From contig JAHFBW010000003.1 in assembly GCA_023249845.1 (NCBI GenBank), positions 1 to 45,949 on the forward strand: DNA of 45,949 nucleotides, in the 5' to 3' direction. Shown in pieces: positions 17,745-26,716 of the stretch. The notes beneath the pieces are model-generated. The model ran no database searches. It saw nothing but the letters and a program-made list of their open reading frames with translations, and was not told where the DNA came from. Every line of letters begins with the position of its first letter. The stretch's first letter is position 1. Position numbers and translations under genes: made by a program. This DNA is from Candidatus Eiseniibacteriota bacterium. Its GTDB lineage: Bacteria; Eisenbacteria; RBG-16-71-46.

Positions 17745-19282
17745 GGCGCGCGCCGTTCGCGGTGGCGCTCGCCGCGTTCCTCACGTTCCTCGTGACCGGC
17801 GGCGGACGCATCGTGGGCAGCGACGAACTCACCATGTTCGAGCTCGCTCGGGCGATGGCGCACGGCGGCATCGCGGTGCCGGCTGGGGCCACGCTCGACG
17901 GTCCCGACGGCAGGCACTACAGCAAGAACACCGCGGGCCAGGGGGTGCTGGCGCTGCCGTTCGTCGTGGCGGGGGACCTGGCCGCGAGGGCCGCGGGATT
18001 CTCGGGCGCACGGGCCGAGCTCGCGGCGCGCTGCGTGGCCTCGACGTTCAATGCGTTCGTGACCGCCTTGCTGCTGGCGGTTCTGTTCGTGGCGCTGCGG
18101 CGATTCCGCGCCGGCCCGGGACCGACGTTCGCGGCGGTGGTGCTGCTCGGCTTCACGACACCGCTGTGGATCTACGCGAAATCGTTCATGGCCGAGCCGC
18201 TCGAGGGGCTCGGACTCCTGCTTGCACTCACGGGCGCGGCGCGCGCCGGCGCGGCGCCCGCGCCGGCTGACGCGAGCCAGGGCCGCTGGGAGGCGGCGCT
18301 CGGCGCGTGTCTCGCGGTGTCGGTCAAGCTCGGCATGTTGCCCCTCGTGCTCGCCGCGCTCACCGCCGCGGGGTTCCGCCGGCTCGCGGCCTGGCGCCTG
18401 CCGCTCGCGGGGGTGGCGGTGGCGCTCGCCGGACATGCGTTCTACAACGCGGCGCGATTCGGAACGCCGTTCGAGACCGGCTACGGAGCGCAGGCGTCGC
18501 TCACCGCGTTCACGACACCGCTCGCGGTGGGCGTCTACGGCCTGCTGTTGTCGTCGGGAAAGGGGATCGCGTGGTTCGCGCCGTTCGTCTGGCTCGTGCC
18601 GGCGGGACTCACGGCAATGCTTCGCTCGCGCCAGCACTCGAGTGCTGCCCGTCATGGCGATGACGTGCGCCGCGCCGGCTGGGCGTCGCTCGCGGTATGG
18701 GCCGTGGGACTGACGCTCTACGGACGCTTTCAGCACTGGGGCGGGGACGGCTCGTGGGGCCCGCGCTACCTGGTGCCACTGCTGCCGCTCGCCGCGATCC
18801 CGGTGGCGTTCGCGCTCGAGGGCGCGTCGCGGCTGCGTCGCCGCATCGCGTGGCTCGTGGGAGCAATCGGGTTCGTCGTGACGCTCGGCGGTGTGGGCAT
18901 CTATTTCGGCGCCCAGATGCGCGAGGCGGGGGATTTCCCGTACACGTTGGCACTCGAGGACCCGCACTTCATGGAGGCCAGCCACTGGAACCCGCGTTTC
19001 ACACCGATCGCGGCCCATTGGCGGATGCTCGCGCGCAACCTCGCCGAGCACGCGCGCGGCGAGACGCCGAGGCTCGGGACGGGCGGCGAGGTTGACCCGC
19101 GCACGGGATTGACACACGAGGAGCAGCACACACTGCTCCATGCCATCGATGTGTGGTGGCTCTACGCGACCTACGCCGGTCTGCCGCGCGCGCCGCTGCT
19201 GGCCGTGGCGCTGGGATTGGCGGTCGCCGCGGCTTGGGGCTGGTCGCGCGCCTGGCGGAGCGCTCGCGAGGACACCGCTTGA
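17741..19282 (+). CDS. Polytopic membrane glycosyltransferase, GT-C fold (ArnT/PMT-like)
   Basis: More than 10 hydrophobic helices. Acidic first-loop motif GSDELTMFE. Blocks LLSSGKGIAWFAPFV and HWGGDGSWGPRYLVPLLPL recur in ArnT/PMT_2-type proteins. GTG 17741 overlaps the upstream stop. The family call is by eye only. Confidence 0.6.
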   Translation: MRRAPFAVALAAFLTFLVTGGGRIVGSDELTMFELARAMAHGGIAVPAGATLDGPDGRHYSKNTAGQGVLALPFVVAGDLAARAAGFSGARAELAARCVASTFNAFVTALLLAVLFVALRRFRAGPGPTFAAVVLLGFTTPLWIYAKSFMAEPLEGLGLLLALTGAARAGAAPAPADASQGRWEAALGACLAVSVKLGMLPLVLAALTAAGFRRLAAWRLPLAGVAVALAGHAFYNAARFGTPFETGYGAQASLTAFTTPLAVGVYGLLLSSGKGIAWFAPFVWLVPAGLTAMLRSRQHSSAARHGDDVRRAGWASLAVWAVGLTLYGRFQHWGGDGSWGPRYLVPLLPLAAIPVAFALEGASRLRRRIAWLVGAIGFVVTLGGVGIYFGAQMREAGDFPYTLALEDPHFMEASHWNPRFTPIAAHWRMLARNLAEHARGETPRLGTGGEVDPRTGLTHEEQHTLLHAIDVWWLYATYAGLPRAPLLAVALGLAVAAAWGWSRAWRSAREDTA

Positions 19283-20190
19283 AGACGCTCGCCGTGATCG
19301 TGCTGTCGTGGAACGGCCGTGACCTGACCCGCGACACGCTGCGCTCCCTCCAAGCCTGCCGGCTGCCCGAGGGCTGGAGTCTCCACACGCTCGTCGTGGA
19401 CAACGCCTCGAGCGACGATTCGCCGCGGATGGTGCGAGACGAGTTCCCCGGCGTGGAGCTCATCGCACTCGCCGAGAACCGGCGTTTCGCGGGCGGCAAC
19501 AATGCTGGGCTCGAACAAGCACTCGCCGGCGGCGCCGACGCGGTGATGCTCTTGAACAACGACGTGGTAGCCGACCCGGCGCTGCTCGAGAAACTGCTCT
19601 TGGCACTCTTCGAGGACCCCGCCGCGGGAGCAGCGGCGCCGCTCATCTATTTCACGCCGCCCACCGACCGAATCTGGTACGCAGGCGGCCGGTGCGAGCC
19701 ATGGCTCGCGCACAGCTCGCACCGCGCCATCCGCGAAAAGGACCACGGGCAGTACCGCTCGATCGAGGAGACCGGATACCTTACGGGCTGCTGCCTGCTC
19801 GCCACCGCGACGGCATGGAGAAAGGTGGGGCTCCTGGACGAGCGCTACTTCATCTATGCCGAGGACGCCGACTGGTGCCTGCGTGCGCGCGCCGTGGGAT
19901 TCCACCTGCTGTTCGTTCCGACGGCGCGGCTCTGGCACCGGGTGAGCGCCAGCTCGGGAGGGGCGATGAACGCCTGGAAGGTGTACCAGCGCTTGCGCGC
20001 GAACGTGACGCTGTGGTCGCGCCACGCGCGCGGGCTGGCACGCCTCACCTGGCTGCCGTCGCTCCTGGCGCAGCAGGCCGTCTACGCGCTGCTGCTGCTC
20101 GCGCGCGGCCACGCGGCCGCGGCAGGCGCCGTGCCCCGAGCGCTGCTCGACGCGGCAGCTGGGAAGAGTCCCGCGGAGGTGAGGCTTTGA
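19279..20190 (+). CDS. Glycosyltransferase family 2 (soluble GT-A, rhamnosyltransferase-like)
   Basis: LAVIVLSWNGRDLT, VVDNASSDDS, NRRFAGGNNAG and YAEDADWCLRA are classic GT2 blocks. The only in-frame start adjacent to these is TTG 19279 (TTGA overlap with the upstream stop). Confidence 0.8.
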   Translation: MKTLAVIVLSWNGRDLTRDTLRSLQACRLPEGWSLHTLVVDNASSDDSPRMVRDEFPGVELIALAENRRFAGGNNAGLEQALAGGADAVMLLNNDVVADPALLEKLLLALFEDPAAGAAAPLIYFTPPTDRIWYAGGRCEPWLAHSSHRAIREKDHGQYRSIEETGYLTGCCLLATATAWRKVGLLDERYFIYAEDADWCLRARAVGFHLLFVPTARLWHRVSASSGGAMNAWKVYQRLRANVTLWSRHARGLARLTWLPSLLAQQAVYALLLLARGHAAAAGAVPRALLDAAAGKSPAEVRL

Positions 20191-20192
20191 GC

Positions 20193-21017
20193 GTGCCGCG
20201 CGCCGAGGTGCCGAAGCGCGGCCCTCGCGACCGAGCCGTGTTCCTGCGCGAACTCATCGCCGCGCTGCCCGAGGGCGCGCGAGCGCTGGACGCCGGCTGC
20301 GGACCGGGCTCCTGGCCGTACGCGCTTCGACCCGATCTCGACGTCACCAGTTTCGATATCAAGTTCCCGCCGGGTCCGCCGCCGCGGAGCGAGCGCGTGC
20401 GCGTGTTTCGCGGCGATCTCGCGCGACTCCCGCTTCGAGCCGACACGTTTGACTTCACCGTCTGCCACTACGTGCTCGAGCATGTCACGGAACTCCACGA
20501 GTGCTGCGACGAACTGGCCCGCGTGACGCGGCCGGGGGGCACGGTCTACGTGTCGGTGCCGCGCGCGGCCGCATTCGACGACCGTCTCTACCGGTTCGCG
20601 GGGTTGTTCGCGAAATACGCGTTGATGAAGTTCAGGAAGCGCCTCGAGCATCAGCAGCGATTCGACTTCCACTCGTTGATCGACCTCTTCTACGCGCGCG
20701 GCTTGCGACTCACCGCGACGGCGCGTGTCCCGGCGGGGTTCAGCTGGATGAACGACCCGCGCACGAAGGCGCTCCAGGGCGCGTTCACCGCCGCGCTCGC
20801 CGGGCTGTTTGCCCTGACGGGCGTGGACCTCGCGCGCGACGCGAACTTCGTGCTCACGTTCGAGAAGGTGGGGGACGTGGGCTACCGGAAGGTCACTCAC
20901 GTCTGCCGCGAGTGCGGCGAGCACGCGATCGTGACGCCGTCCGCGAGCGGCGCGACCGGCGGTTCGTGGACGTGCCCGTACTGCGGCAGGCCGAATCCGT
21001 TCGGACGGGCCCGGTGA
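20193..21017 (+). CDS. Class I SAM methyltransferase fused to a C-terminal zinc ribbon
   Basis: ALDAGCGPGSW (motif I), ..FDFTVCHYVLEHV.. and ..RPGGTVYVSVP. C-terminal CRECGEH..(17 aa)..CPYCGRPN is a CxxC...CxxC ribbon. Confidence 0.75.
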   Translation: MPRAEVPKRGPRDRAVFLRELIAALPEGARALDAGCGPGSWPYALRPDLDVTSFDIKFPPGPPPRSERVRVFRGDLARLPLRADTFDFTVCHYVLEHVTELHECCDELARVTRPGGTVYVSVPRAAAFDDRLYRFAGLFAKYALMKFRKRLEHQQRFDFHSLIDLFYARGLRLTATARVPAGFSWMNDPRTKALQGAFTAALAGLFALTGVDLARDANFVLTFEKVGDVGYRKVTHVCRECGEHAIVTPSASGATGGSWTCPYCGRPNPFGRAR

Positions 21018-21024
21018 GGGATTG

Positions 21025-22035
21025 ATGCGCGTTCTCCATGCCCCGTCGGAGATCGCCGGGCAACCGAGCATCCTGGCGCGTGCGCTGCGCGAGCTCGGCG
21101 TCGAGGCGTGGTCGCTCGCGACCAATCCAACATTCGCGCAATACATGCCCGACGAGAGCCCGCCGCTCGACACGATGGCGCCGCTGCCACGCTACGCGGG
21201 CTACGCCGGTCTCGTCGTCAAGCACTTGCTGCGACACGACGTGTTCCACTTTCATTTCGGACGCACGCTGATCCCGCCACACAACCTGGACCTGCCGCTC
21301 TATCGCGCGCTCGGTAAGAAGCTCGTGTTCCACTACCATGGCTGCGACGTGCGCAACAAGGCGCACATGCGCGCCACGCACGCTTGGTCCACGTGCACGG
21401 AGTGCCAGCCATTCTGCATTCCGCGGCGGCAGGAGCGCATCCTGCGCGAGGCACGCCAATACGCGCATGCCGAGCTGGTGTCCACGCCCGACCTCTTGGA
21501 GAGCGTGCCCACGGCGCGGCAAGTGAACGTCGCGGCGTGGCTCCCGGACTACGTGCCGCGGCCGGTTCGAGAGTCGCCGCGGCTCGTGCTACACGCGCCC
21601 ACGAACCGGCTCATCAAGGGGACCCCGCACATCGAGGCGGTATTCGAACGGCTGCGCGCACGATTCCCCGGCGTCGAGTTCCGCACCGTCGAGAAGGTGC
21701 CCTTGCTCGAGCTTCGGGACATGCTCGCGCGGTGCGACGTGCTGGTGGACCAGATGTTCATGGGCTGGTACGGCATGGTCGCAGTGGAGGCAATGGCGTT
21801 CGCGCGTCCGGCGCTCGCGTACGTGCGGCCCGAGTTCGAGCCGCGCGCCGCCGGTTGCCCGGTCGTGCGCGTGAACGTCGAGACGCTCGAGAACGAGCTC
21901 GCCGCGTTGCTCGGGGACGCGCCCCGCCGCCGCGTGCTCGGCGAGGCCGGTCGCGTCTGGGTCGAGCGCGAGCACGACGCGAACGTCATCGCGCGCCGGC
22001 TCGTGGAGCTCTATCACGAGATCGGCGCCACGTGA
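21025..22035 (+). CDS. GT-B-like glycosyltransferase (divergent) with Cys/His cluster
   Basis: The C-terminal half looks GT-B (..LVLHAPTNRLIKGTPHIE.., ..WYGMVAVEAMAFARPALAYV..). The N-terminal half has HYHGCDVRNK..STCTECQPFC. No exact family was recognised. Confidence 0.55.
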   Translation: MRVLHAPSEIAGQPSILARALRELGVEAWSLATNPTFAQYMPDESPPLDTMAPLPRYAGYAGLVVKHLLRHDVFHFHFGRTLIPPHNLDLPLYRALGKKLVFHYHGCDVRNKAHMRATHAWSTCTECQPFCIPRRQERILREARQYAHAELVSTPDLLESVPTARQVNVAAWLPDYVPRPVRESPRLVLHAPTNRLIKGTPHIEAVFERLRARFPGVEFRTVEKVPLLELRDMLARCDVLVDQMFMGWYGMVAVEAMAFARPALAYVRPEFEPRAAGCPVVRVNVETLENELAALLGDAPRRRVLGEAGRVWVEREHDANVIARRLVELYHEIGAT

Positions 22036-23474
22036 GCGTTCGCGACTCGCTGCGGCGGCTCTCCAGCGAAGCGGTGATCTACGGCGTGGGCCAGGTGAGT
22101 GGCCGCGCGGTCAACCTGTTGCTCGTGCCTGTGCTCACGCGCGCGCTGCTCAAACAGCAGTACGGCGTCACGGAACTCGTGGCCGGCTACTCCGCGAGCG
22201 TGTTGCTGCTGCTCGTGTTCGGCATGGATGGCGCGCTGGCGCGGTTCTTCTACCAGCAGGAGGACCGGGCCGCGCGCGTGCGCATGACGTCGTCGTCGTT
22301 CGCGTTCCGGGTCGTGACGGGTTGCGCGGTGGCGCTCGTGCTCGCCACGGCCGCCCAGCCGCTCGCGCACGGCATGCTCGGGAGCGACGTCTACACCAAG
22401 TACCTGCGCCTGGGTGCCATCACGCTGCCGTTCACGCTCGTGACGCTGTGGTGCAACGACCTGCTCCGGGTCACGTTCCAGCCCTGGAAGTTCGTCGCCT
22501 TGAACGTGTCGCAGTTGACCCTCGTGGGCGGTCTCACGCTCACGTTCGTGCTCGGCCGCGGACTCGGGGTGGCCGGCGTGCTCTACGGCAAGCTCGTCGG
22601 CGACGCGCTCGCGGCCGTGTTCGGCCTCGTGCTGTGCCGGCACCACCTTCGCCCGCGCTTCGACGCCTCGATTCTACGACGCATGCTCGGCTATGGTCTG
22701 CCGCTCGTGCCGGTGGCGTTCGCCTATGGCGTCATCGGCGCCATGGATCGCTGGGCGCTCCAGCGGTTCGCGACGCTGGACGACGTCGGCACCTACGCGC
22801 TCGCGCTCAAGTTCTTCGCCGTGGTCACCATGGGCGTCTCGGCGTTCCAGCTCGCGTTCATGCCGATGGCGTTCGCGCGCGCACAGGATCCCGACGCGCC
22901 GCGCTTCTACGCGCGCGTGCTCGGGCTCTACGTGGCGGCGGCCACGGCGGGCGCGCTCGCGTGCGGGCTTGGGGCACCGCTCGCGATCCGGCTGCTCGCG
23001 ACGCGCGACTACGCCGATGCGGCACGCCCCGCGCTGTGGCTGGCCTTTGCCGCGGTCGCGCAGGGCGCCTACTATGTCTCCGCTCTGGGCATCAATCTCT
23101 CGCTCCGGAACGGCTGGCTCGCGGTCTCGACCGGCGGCGCAGCGCTCGTCGCGGCGATCGCCAACCTGGTGCTCGTTCCACGGCTCGGGGCCGAGGGCGC
23201 AGCCGCCGCCACGTTCGCGGCGTACACGTCGTCGGCGGTGCTCACCTACGCAATCGCGCAACGGCTCCATCCGCTGCCCTACCGGGGCGCGAGGCTCGCG
23301 GCGCTGTTCGCGATGGGCGTCCTGCTCGGGTTGGCTGTGGTGCGCGCGGCTCCGGCGGGGGCGTGGGGGTGGGGCTGGCGCCTCGCCACGCTCGTGGCAT
23401 TCTTGGCGCTGGCTTGGAAGAGCGACGTCTGGAAAGAGCGAGGCGCGATCCGGCACCGGCCGGCGGCGCCCTGA
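22032..23474 (+). CDS. Wzx-like oligosaccharide/polysaccharide flippase (MOP superfamily)
   Basis: About 480 aa and about 12-14 TM helices. N-terminus SEAVIYGVGQVSGRAVNLLLVPVLTRAL..YGV is typical of PST/Wzx proteins. GTGA overlap. Confidence 0.75.
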   Translation: MSVRDSLRRLSSEAVIYGVGQVSGRAVNLLLVPVLTRALLKQQYGVTELVAGYSASVLLLLVFGMDGALARFFYQQEDRAARVRMTSSSFAFRVVTGCAVALVLATAAQPLAHGMLGSDVYTKYLRLGAITLPFTLVTLWCNDLLRVTFQPWKFVALNVSQLTLVGGLTLTFVLGRGLGVAGVLYGKLVGDALAAVFGLVLCRHHLRPRFDASILRRMLGYGLPLVPVAFAYGVIGAMDRWALQRFATLDDVGTYALALKFFAVVTMGVSAFQLAFMPMAFARAQDPDAPRFYARVLGLYVAAATAGALACGLGAPLAIRLLATRDYADAARPALWLAFAAVAQGAYYVSALGINLSLRNGWLAVSTGGAALVAAIANLVLVPRLGAEGAAAATFAAYTSSAVLTYAIAQRLHPLPYRGARLAALFAMGVLLGLAVVRAAPAGAWGWGWRLATLVAFLALAWKSDVWKERGAIRHRPAAP

Positions 23475-23495
23475 ACCACACGAAAGGCGGCAGTC

Positions 23496-25571
23496 ATGTG
23501 CGGCATCGCCGGACTCTACGACCGATACGGGCGCGCGGATCTCGGCCGGGTGCAGGCCATGTCCCAACTGTTGCGCCATCGCGGCCCCGATGATGAGGGG
23601 CTGGTGCTGCTGGATCCCGTGAGCGGGCAGTGGAGCACGCACGGCGGCGCCGACACGCCGGCGGCCGTGTTCCGCTCCGGGTTGCCCTGGGCGCCGGCCC
23701 GCTCGCACGGGGCGCAGGCCATCGCGCGTCATGGGGTGGCCCTCGCGCATCGCCGTCTCGCGATCGTGGACCTGGAGCCCACGGGGCACCAGCCCTTGTG
23801 CGACTCCGCGCAGCGCGTGTGGATCGTCTACAACGGCGAGATCTACAACCACGTCGAACTGCGTGCCGAACTTGAGCACGCCGGGCACCGGTTCCTGGGC
23901 ACGAGCGACACCGAGGTGCTCGTGGCCGCGTATCGCACCTGGGGCGAGCGCTGCCTCGATCGCTTGAACGGCATGTTCGCATTCGCGCTGTGGGACGCCG
24001 ACCGCCAGCGATTGTTCTGCGCGCGCGACCGCTTCGGCGTCAAGCCGTTCTACTACCAGTACGACGGCAGCCGGTTCGCGTTCGCCTCCGAGGCCCGCGC
24101 CCTAGCCCTCACCCAAGCGTGGCGGCTGAAGCCCCAGCTCTCGGCCGTGCGCGACCTGCTGGCGCTCGACTGGGTGGACCACGAGTCGCAGACGTTCTTC
24201 GACGGACTGCGCCAGCTCCCGGCCGGACACTGGCTGTCCGTCGGCGAGGAGGGCTTCCGCGTCGAGCGCTGGTGGACGCTGTCTTCAGAAGGCCCGGCGA
24301 GCGGAAGCGCCGAGGACCACGCACACGAGTTCGCCGAGCTGTTCACCGATGCCGTTCGATTGCGCCTCCGCGCCGACGTTCAGGTGGGCTCCTGCCTCTC
24401 GGGCGGACTCGATTCGAGCGCCGTGGTGACCACTGCCGCCAGGCTCCAGAACGCGGGACTCCACGCGTTCACGTGCGCGTACGACGAGGGCCCGGCGTTC
24501 GATGAACGGCCCTACGTCCGAGCCGTGGCGCAGGCGAGTGGCGCCACGTCGCACGTCGTCGTGCCGGATGGGAGCGACCTGTGGACCGTCTTCGACGCGC
24601 TCGCGGACCTGCAGGGCGAACCCACGGCGGGGCCGGGAGTCTATTCGCAGTGGCAGGTCATGAAGCTTGCGCATGCGAATGGGCTCAAGGTTCTGCTCGA
24701 CGGCCAGGGCGGTGACGAGACGCTGGCCGGCTACTTCCGCTACCTGCCGACGCGACTGCGAGACCTCGCCGAAGCGGGCCAGTGGTCGAGACTCGCGACG
24801 CTGTTCGGACCCGTGTCGGATCGCCTCGGGCTCGGGACGACGCTGCTCCACACGTTCGAACCGTGGCTTCCGGAGGTACTCGTCTCAACGCTTCGCCGGC
24901 GCTTCGGCCAGGGCAAAGACCGCGTGCTCTCGAGCCGCCTCCGCCGCGAACCCTCGCAGGCGCCGCGCGCGGCGCGCGGCGCGCGCTCGGGACTTTGGGA
25001 CCAGCTCGCGTTCGACACGCTGGTGCGGCAGCTCCCGAGCCTGCTCCGCTACGAGGACCGGAGCAGCATGGCGTTCGCGATCGAGACACGGCTGCCCTTC
25101 CTCGACTATCGCCTCGTGGAGTTTGCGTTCTCGCTCCCCGACACTGAACGGCTGGACGGGATCACGACCAAGGCGATCGCGCGGCGGGCGCTGGGCGACC
25201 GGGTGCCCGCGAGCGTGCTCGAGCGCCGCGACAAGATGGGCTTCGAGACGCCGACCGACCTGTGGTTCCGCGGGCGTCACGCGGCCGAGGCGCGTCGCCG
25301 GCTCGCGCGCCCGGGCCCGTTCCAGGAATGGGTGGATCCGGCCCTTGTGCAGTCGTCGCTCGACGAGTATCTCGCCGGTCGCCGCGAGATCGGGCTCCAG
25401 ATCTGGCGCTGGATGTCGCTCGAGGCGTGGTCGCACCACTACCTCGCGCGCGACCCGCGCGTGCTCGGGCGCCCGGCGGATCCCGCTGTCTCTGCAGGGC
25501 GGCACTTGGGCTACAGCGACGCGATCGAGCATCACGAGTCGGAGCTCACGGCGGGCACCGCGGCCGGCTGA
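23496..25571 (+). CDS. Asparagine synthase (glutamine-hydrolysing)-family amidotransferase (AsnB/WbpS-like)
   Basis: N-terminal nucleophile MCGIAG, ..HRGPDDEG.., ..IVYNGEIYNH.. and the PP-loop SCLSGGLDSS. Its location inside a glycan cluster suggests sugar carboxylate amidation rather than Asn synthesis. Confidence 0.88.
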   Translation: MCGIAGLYDRYGRADLGRVQAMSQLLRHRGPDDEGLVLLDPVSGQWSTHGGADTPAAVFRSGLPWAPARSHGAQAIARHGVALAHRRLAIVDLEPTGHQPLCDSAQRVWIVYNGEIYNHVELRAELEHAGHRFLGTSDTEVLVAAYRTWGERCLDRLNGMFAFALWDADRQRLFCARDRFGVKPFYYQYDGSRFAFASEARALALTQAWRLKPQLSAVRDLLALDWVDHESQTFFDGLRQLPAGHWLSVGEEGFRVERWWTLSSEGPASGSAEDHAHEFAELFTDAVRLRLRADVQVGSCLSGGLDSSAVVTTAARLQNAGLHAFTCAYDEGPAFDERPYVRAVAQASGATSHVVVPDGSDLWTVFDALADLQGEPTAGPGVYSQWQVMKLAHANGLKVLLDGQGGDETLAGYFRYLPTRLRDLAEAGQWSRLATLFGPVSDRLGLGTTLLHTFEPWLPEVLVSTLRRRFGQGKDRVLSSRLRREPSQAPRAARGARSGLWDQLAFDTLVRQLPSLLRYEDRSSMAFAIETRLPFLDYRLVEFAFSLPDTERLDGITTKAIARRALGDRVPASVLERRDKMGFETPTDLWFRGRHAAEARRRLARPGPFQEWVDPALVQSSLDEYLAGRREIGLQIWRWMSLEAWSHHYLARDPRVLGRPADPAVSAGRHLGYSDAIEHHESELTAGTAAG

Positions 25572-25575
25572 CGCC

Positions 25576-26700
25576 TTGGACCTGCTCGTCCTCTCCGAGG
25601 TCCGCTGGGGATACTTCCGAACGCGGAAGCAGTTCCTGCTGTCGCGTTTCCCCGACCCGTGGCGCGTGTTCTTCGCTCAACCGCCCGCGCTGGGCGCGGA
25701 CGACCCGTGGCAGCCCAGGCGGGACGGGCGCGTGACCGTGTTCACGGTGCCGTTCCTGAAACCGGGCACGACGAGCGCGCTCTACAACGCCGTCGCCGCC
25801 ACCACGCCGGGCCGGGCCGCGATCGAGCTGGGCGCCGAGCTCTACTTGAGGCGAATGCTGGGCCGGCTGGGCGTGGACCCCGAACCGGTCGTCCTGGCCT
25901 CGAACATCTACGCGCCAGCGTTGCTTTCTCGGCTCCGCAAGAAGCTGTTACTCTACGACTTCAACGACCACCCCCTGCAGTTCTCGGCCACTCCGCCGTG
26001 GGCGAGTCCCTACCTGCGGCGCACGCTCTCGCAGGCGCAGGGGGTGTTCGTCGTTTCGGAGCACTACCGCCGGATGCTGGCCTCGGAGACCGACCGCCCC
26101 TTGATCCTGCTCGGGAACGGAGTGGAGATGGCTCACTTCGAGACGCCGCGCGTCCTGCCGGCCGACCTCGCGGTGCTGCCTGCGCCCCGCATCGGCTACG
26201 TGGGGCTGCTCTCGCATTTCCTCGACTTCGACGTGCTCGAGGCGCTGCGCCGGAACCGGCGCGGGGGCACGGTGGTATTGGTGGGGCCGGGCACGCCCGC
26301 GACCGACGCGGACGTGGCCGAGTTCGGCCGCCGCGAGGGCGTGGCGGTCCTGGGACCCAGATCCTACGCCGACGTGCCCGCGTACATGCAGGGTCTCGAT
26401 GTGGGCGTCATCCCGTTCAGGGCCGATGACCCGTACGTGAGGGGGATCAACCCGAACAAGATCTACCAATACCTGGCCGCCGGCATCCCCGTTCTCACCA
26501 CTCCGCTGCTCGACCTTTCGCCGAGTCCGCCCGACCTGCTGTACGCCTCCACCGCAGCCGAGTTCGTTCGCTCGCTCGAACAGGCGCTCGGGGCGGCCAG
26601 AGACGCCGCTCGTCGCCGTTCACTCGCGCGTCCCTACGACTGGGACGCGCTCGCCCGGCGCATGGTGGCCGAGATCGACTCGCGGCTGGCGATCGCGTGA
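25576..26700 (+). CDS. GT-B glycosyltransferase (GT4/TuaH-like)
   Basis: N-terminus LSEVRWGYFRTRKQFLLSRF resembles the TuaH-like GT1/4 subgroup. C-terminus ..IGYVGLLSHFLDFD.., ..GVIPF..INPNKIYQYLAAGIPVLTT. The start is taken as TTG 25576, the first in-frame start-like codon after the asnB-like stop, so it is uncertain. Confidence 0.65.
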   Translation: MDLLVLSEVRWGYFRTRKQFLLSRFPDPWRVFFAQPPALGADDPWQPRRDGRVTVFTVPFLKPGTTSALYNAVAATTPGRAAIELGAELYLRRMLGRLGVDPEPVVLASNIYAPALLSRLRKKLLLYDFNDHPLQFSATPPWASPYLRRTLSQAQGVFVVSEHYRRMLASETDRPLILLGNGVEMAHFETPRVLPADLAVLPAPRIGYVGLLSHFLDFDVLEALRRNRRGGTVVLVGPGTPATDADVAEFGRREGVAVLGPRSYADVPAYMQGLDVGVIPFRADDPYVRGINPNKIYQYLAAGIPVLTTPLLDLSPSPPDLLYASTAAEFVRSLEQALGAARDAARRRSLARPYDWDALARRMVAEIDSRLAIA

Positions 26701-26716
26701 ACCGAGGAGACTCCGC

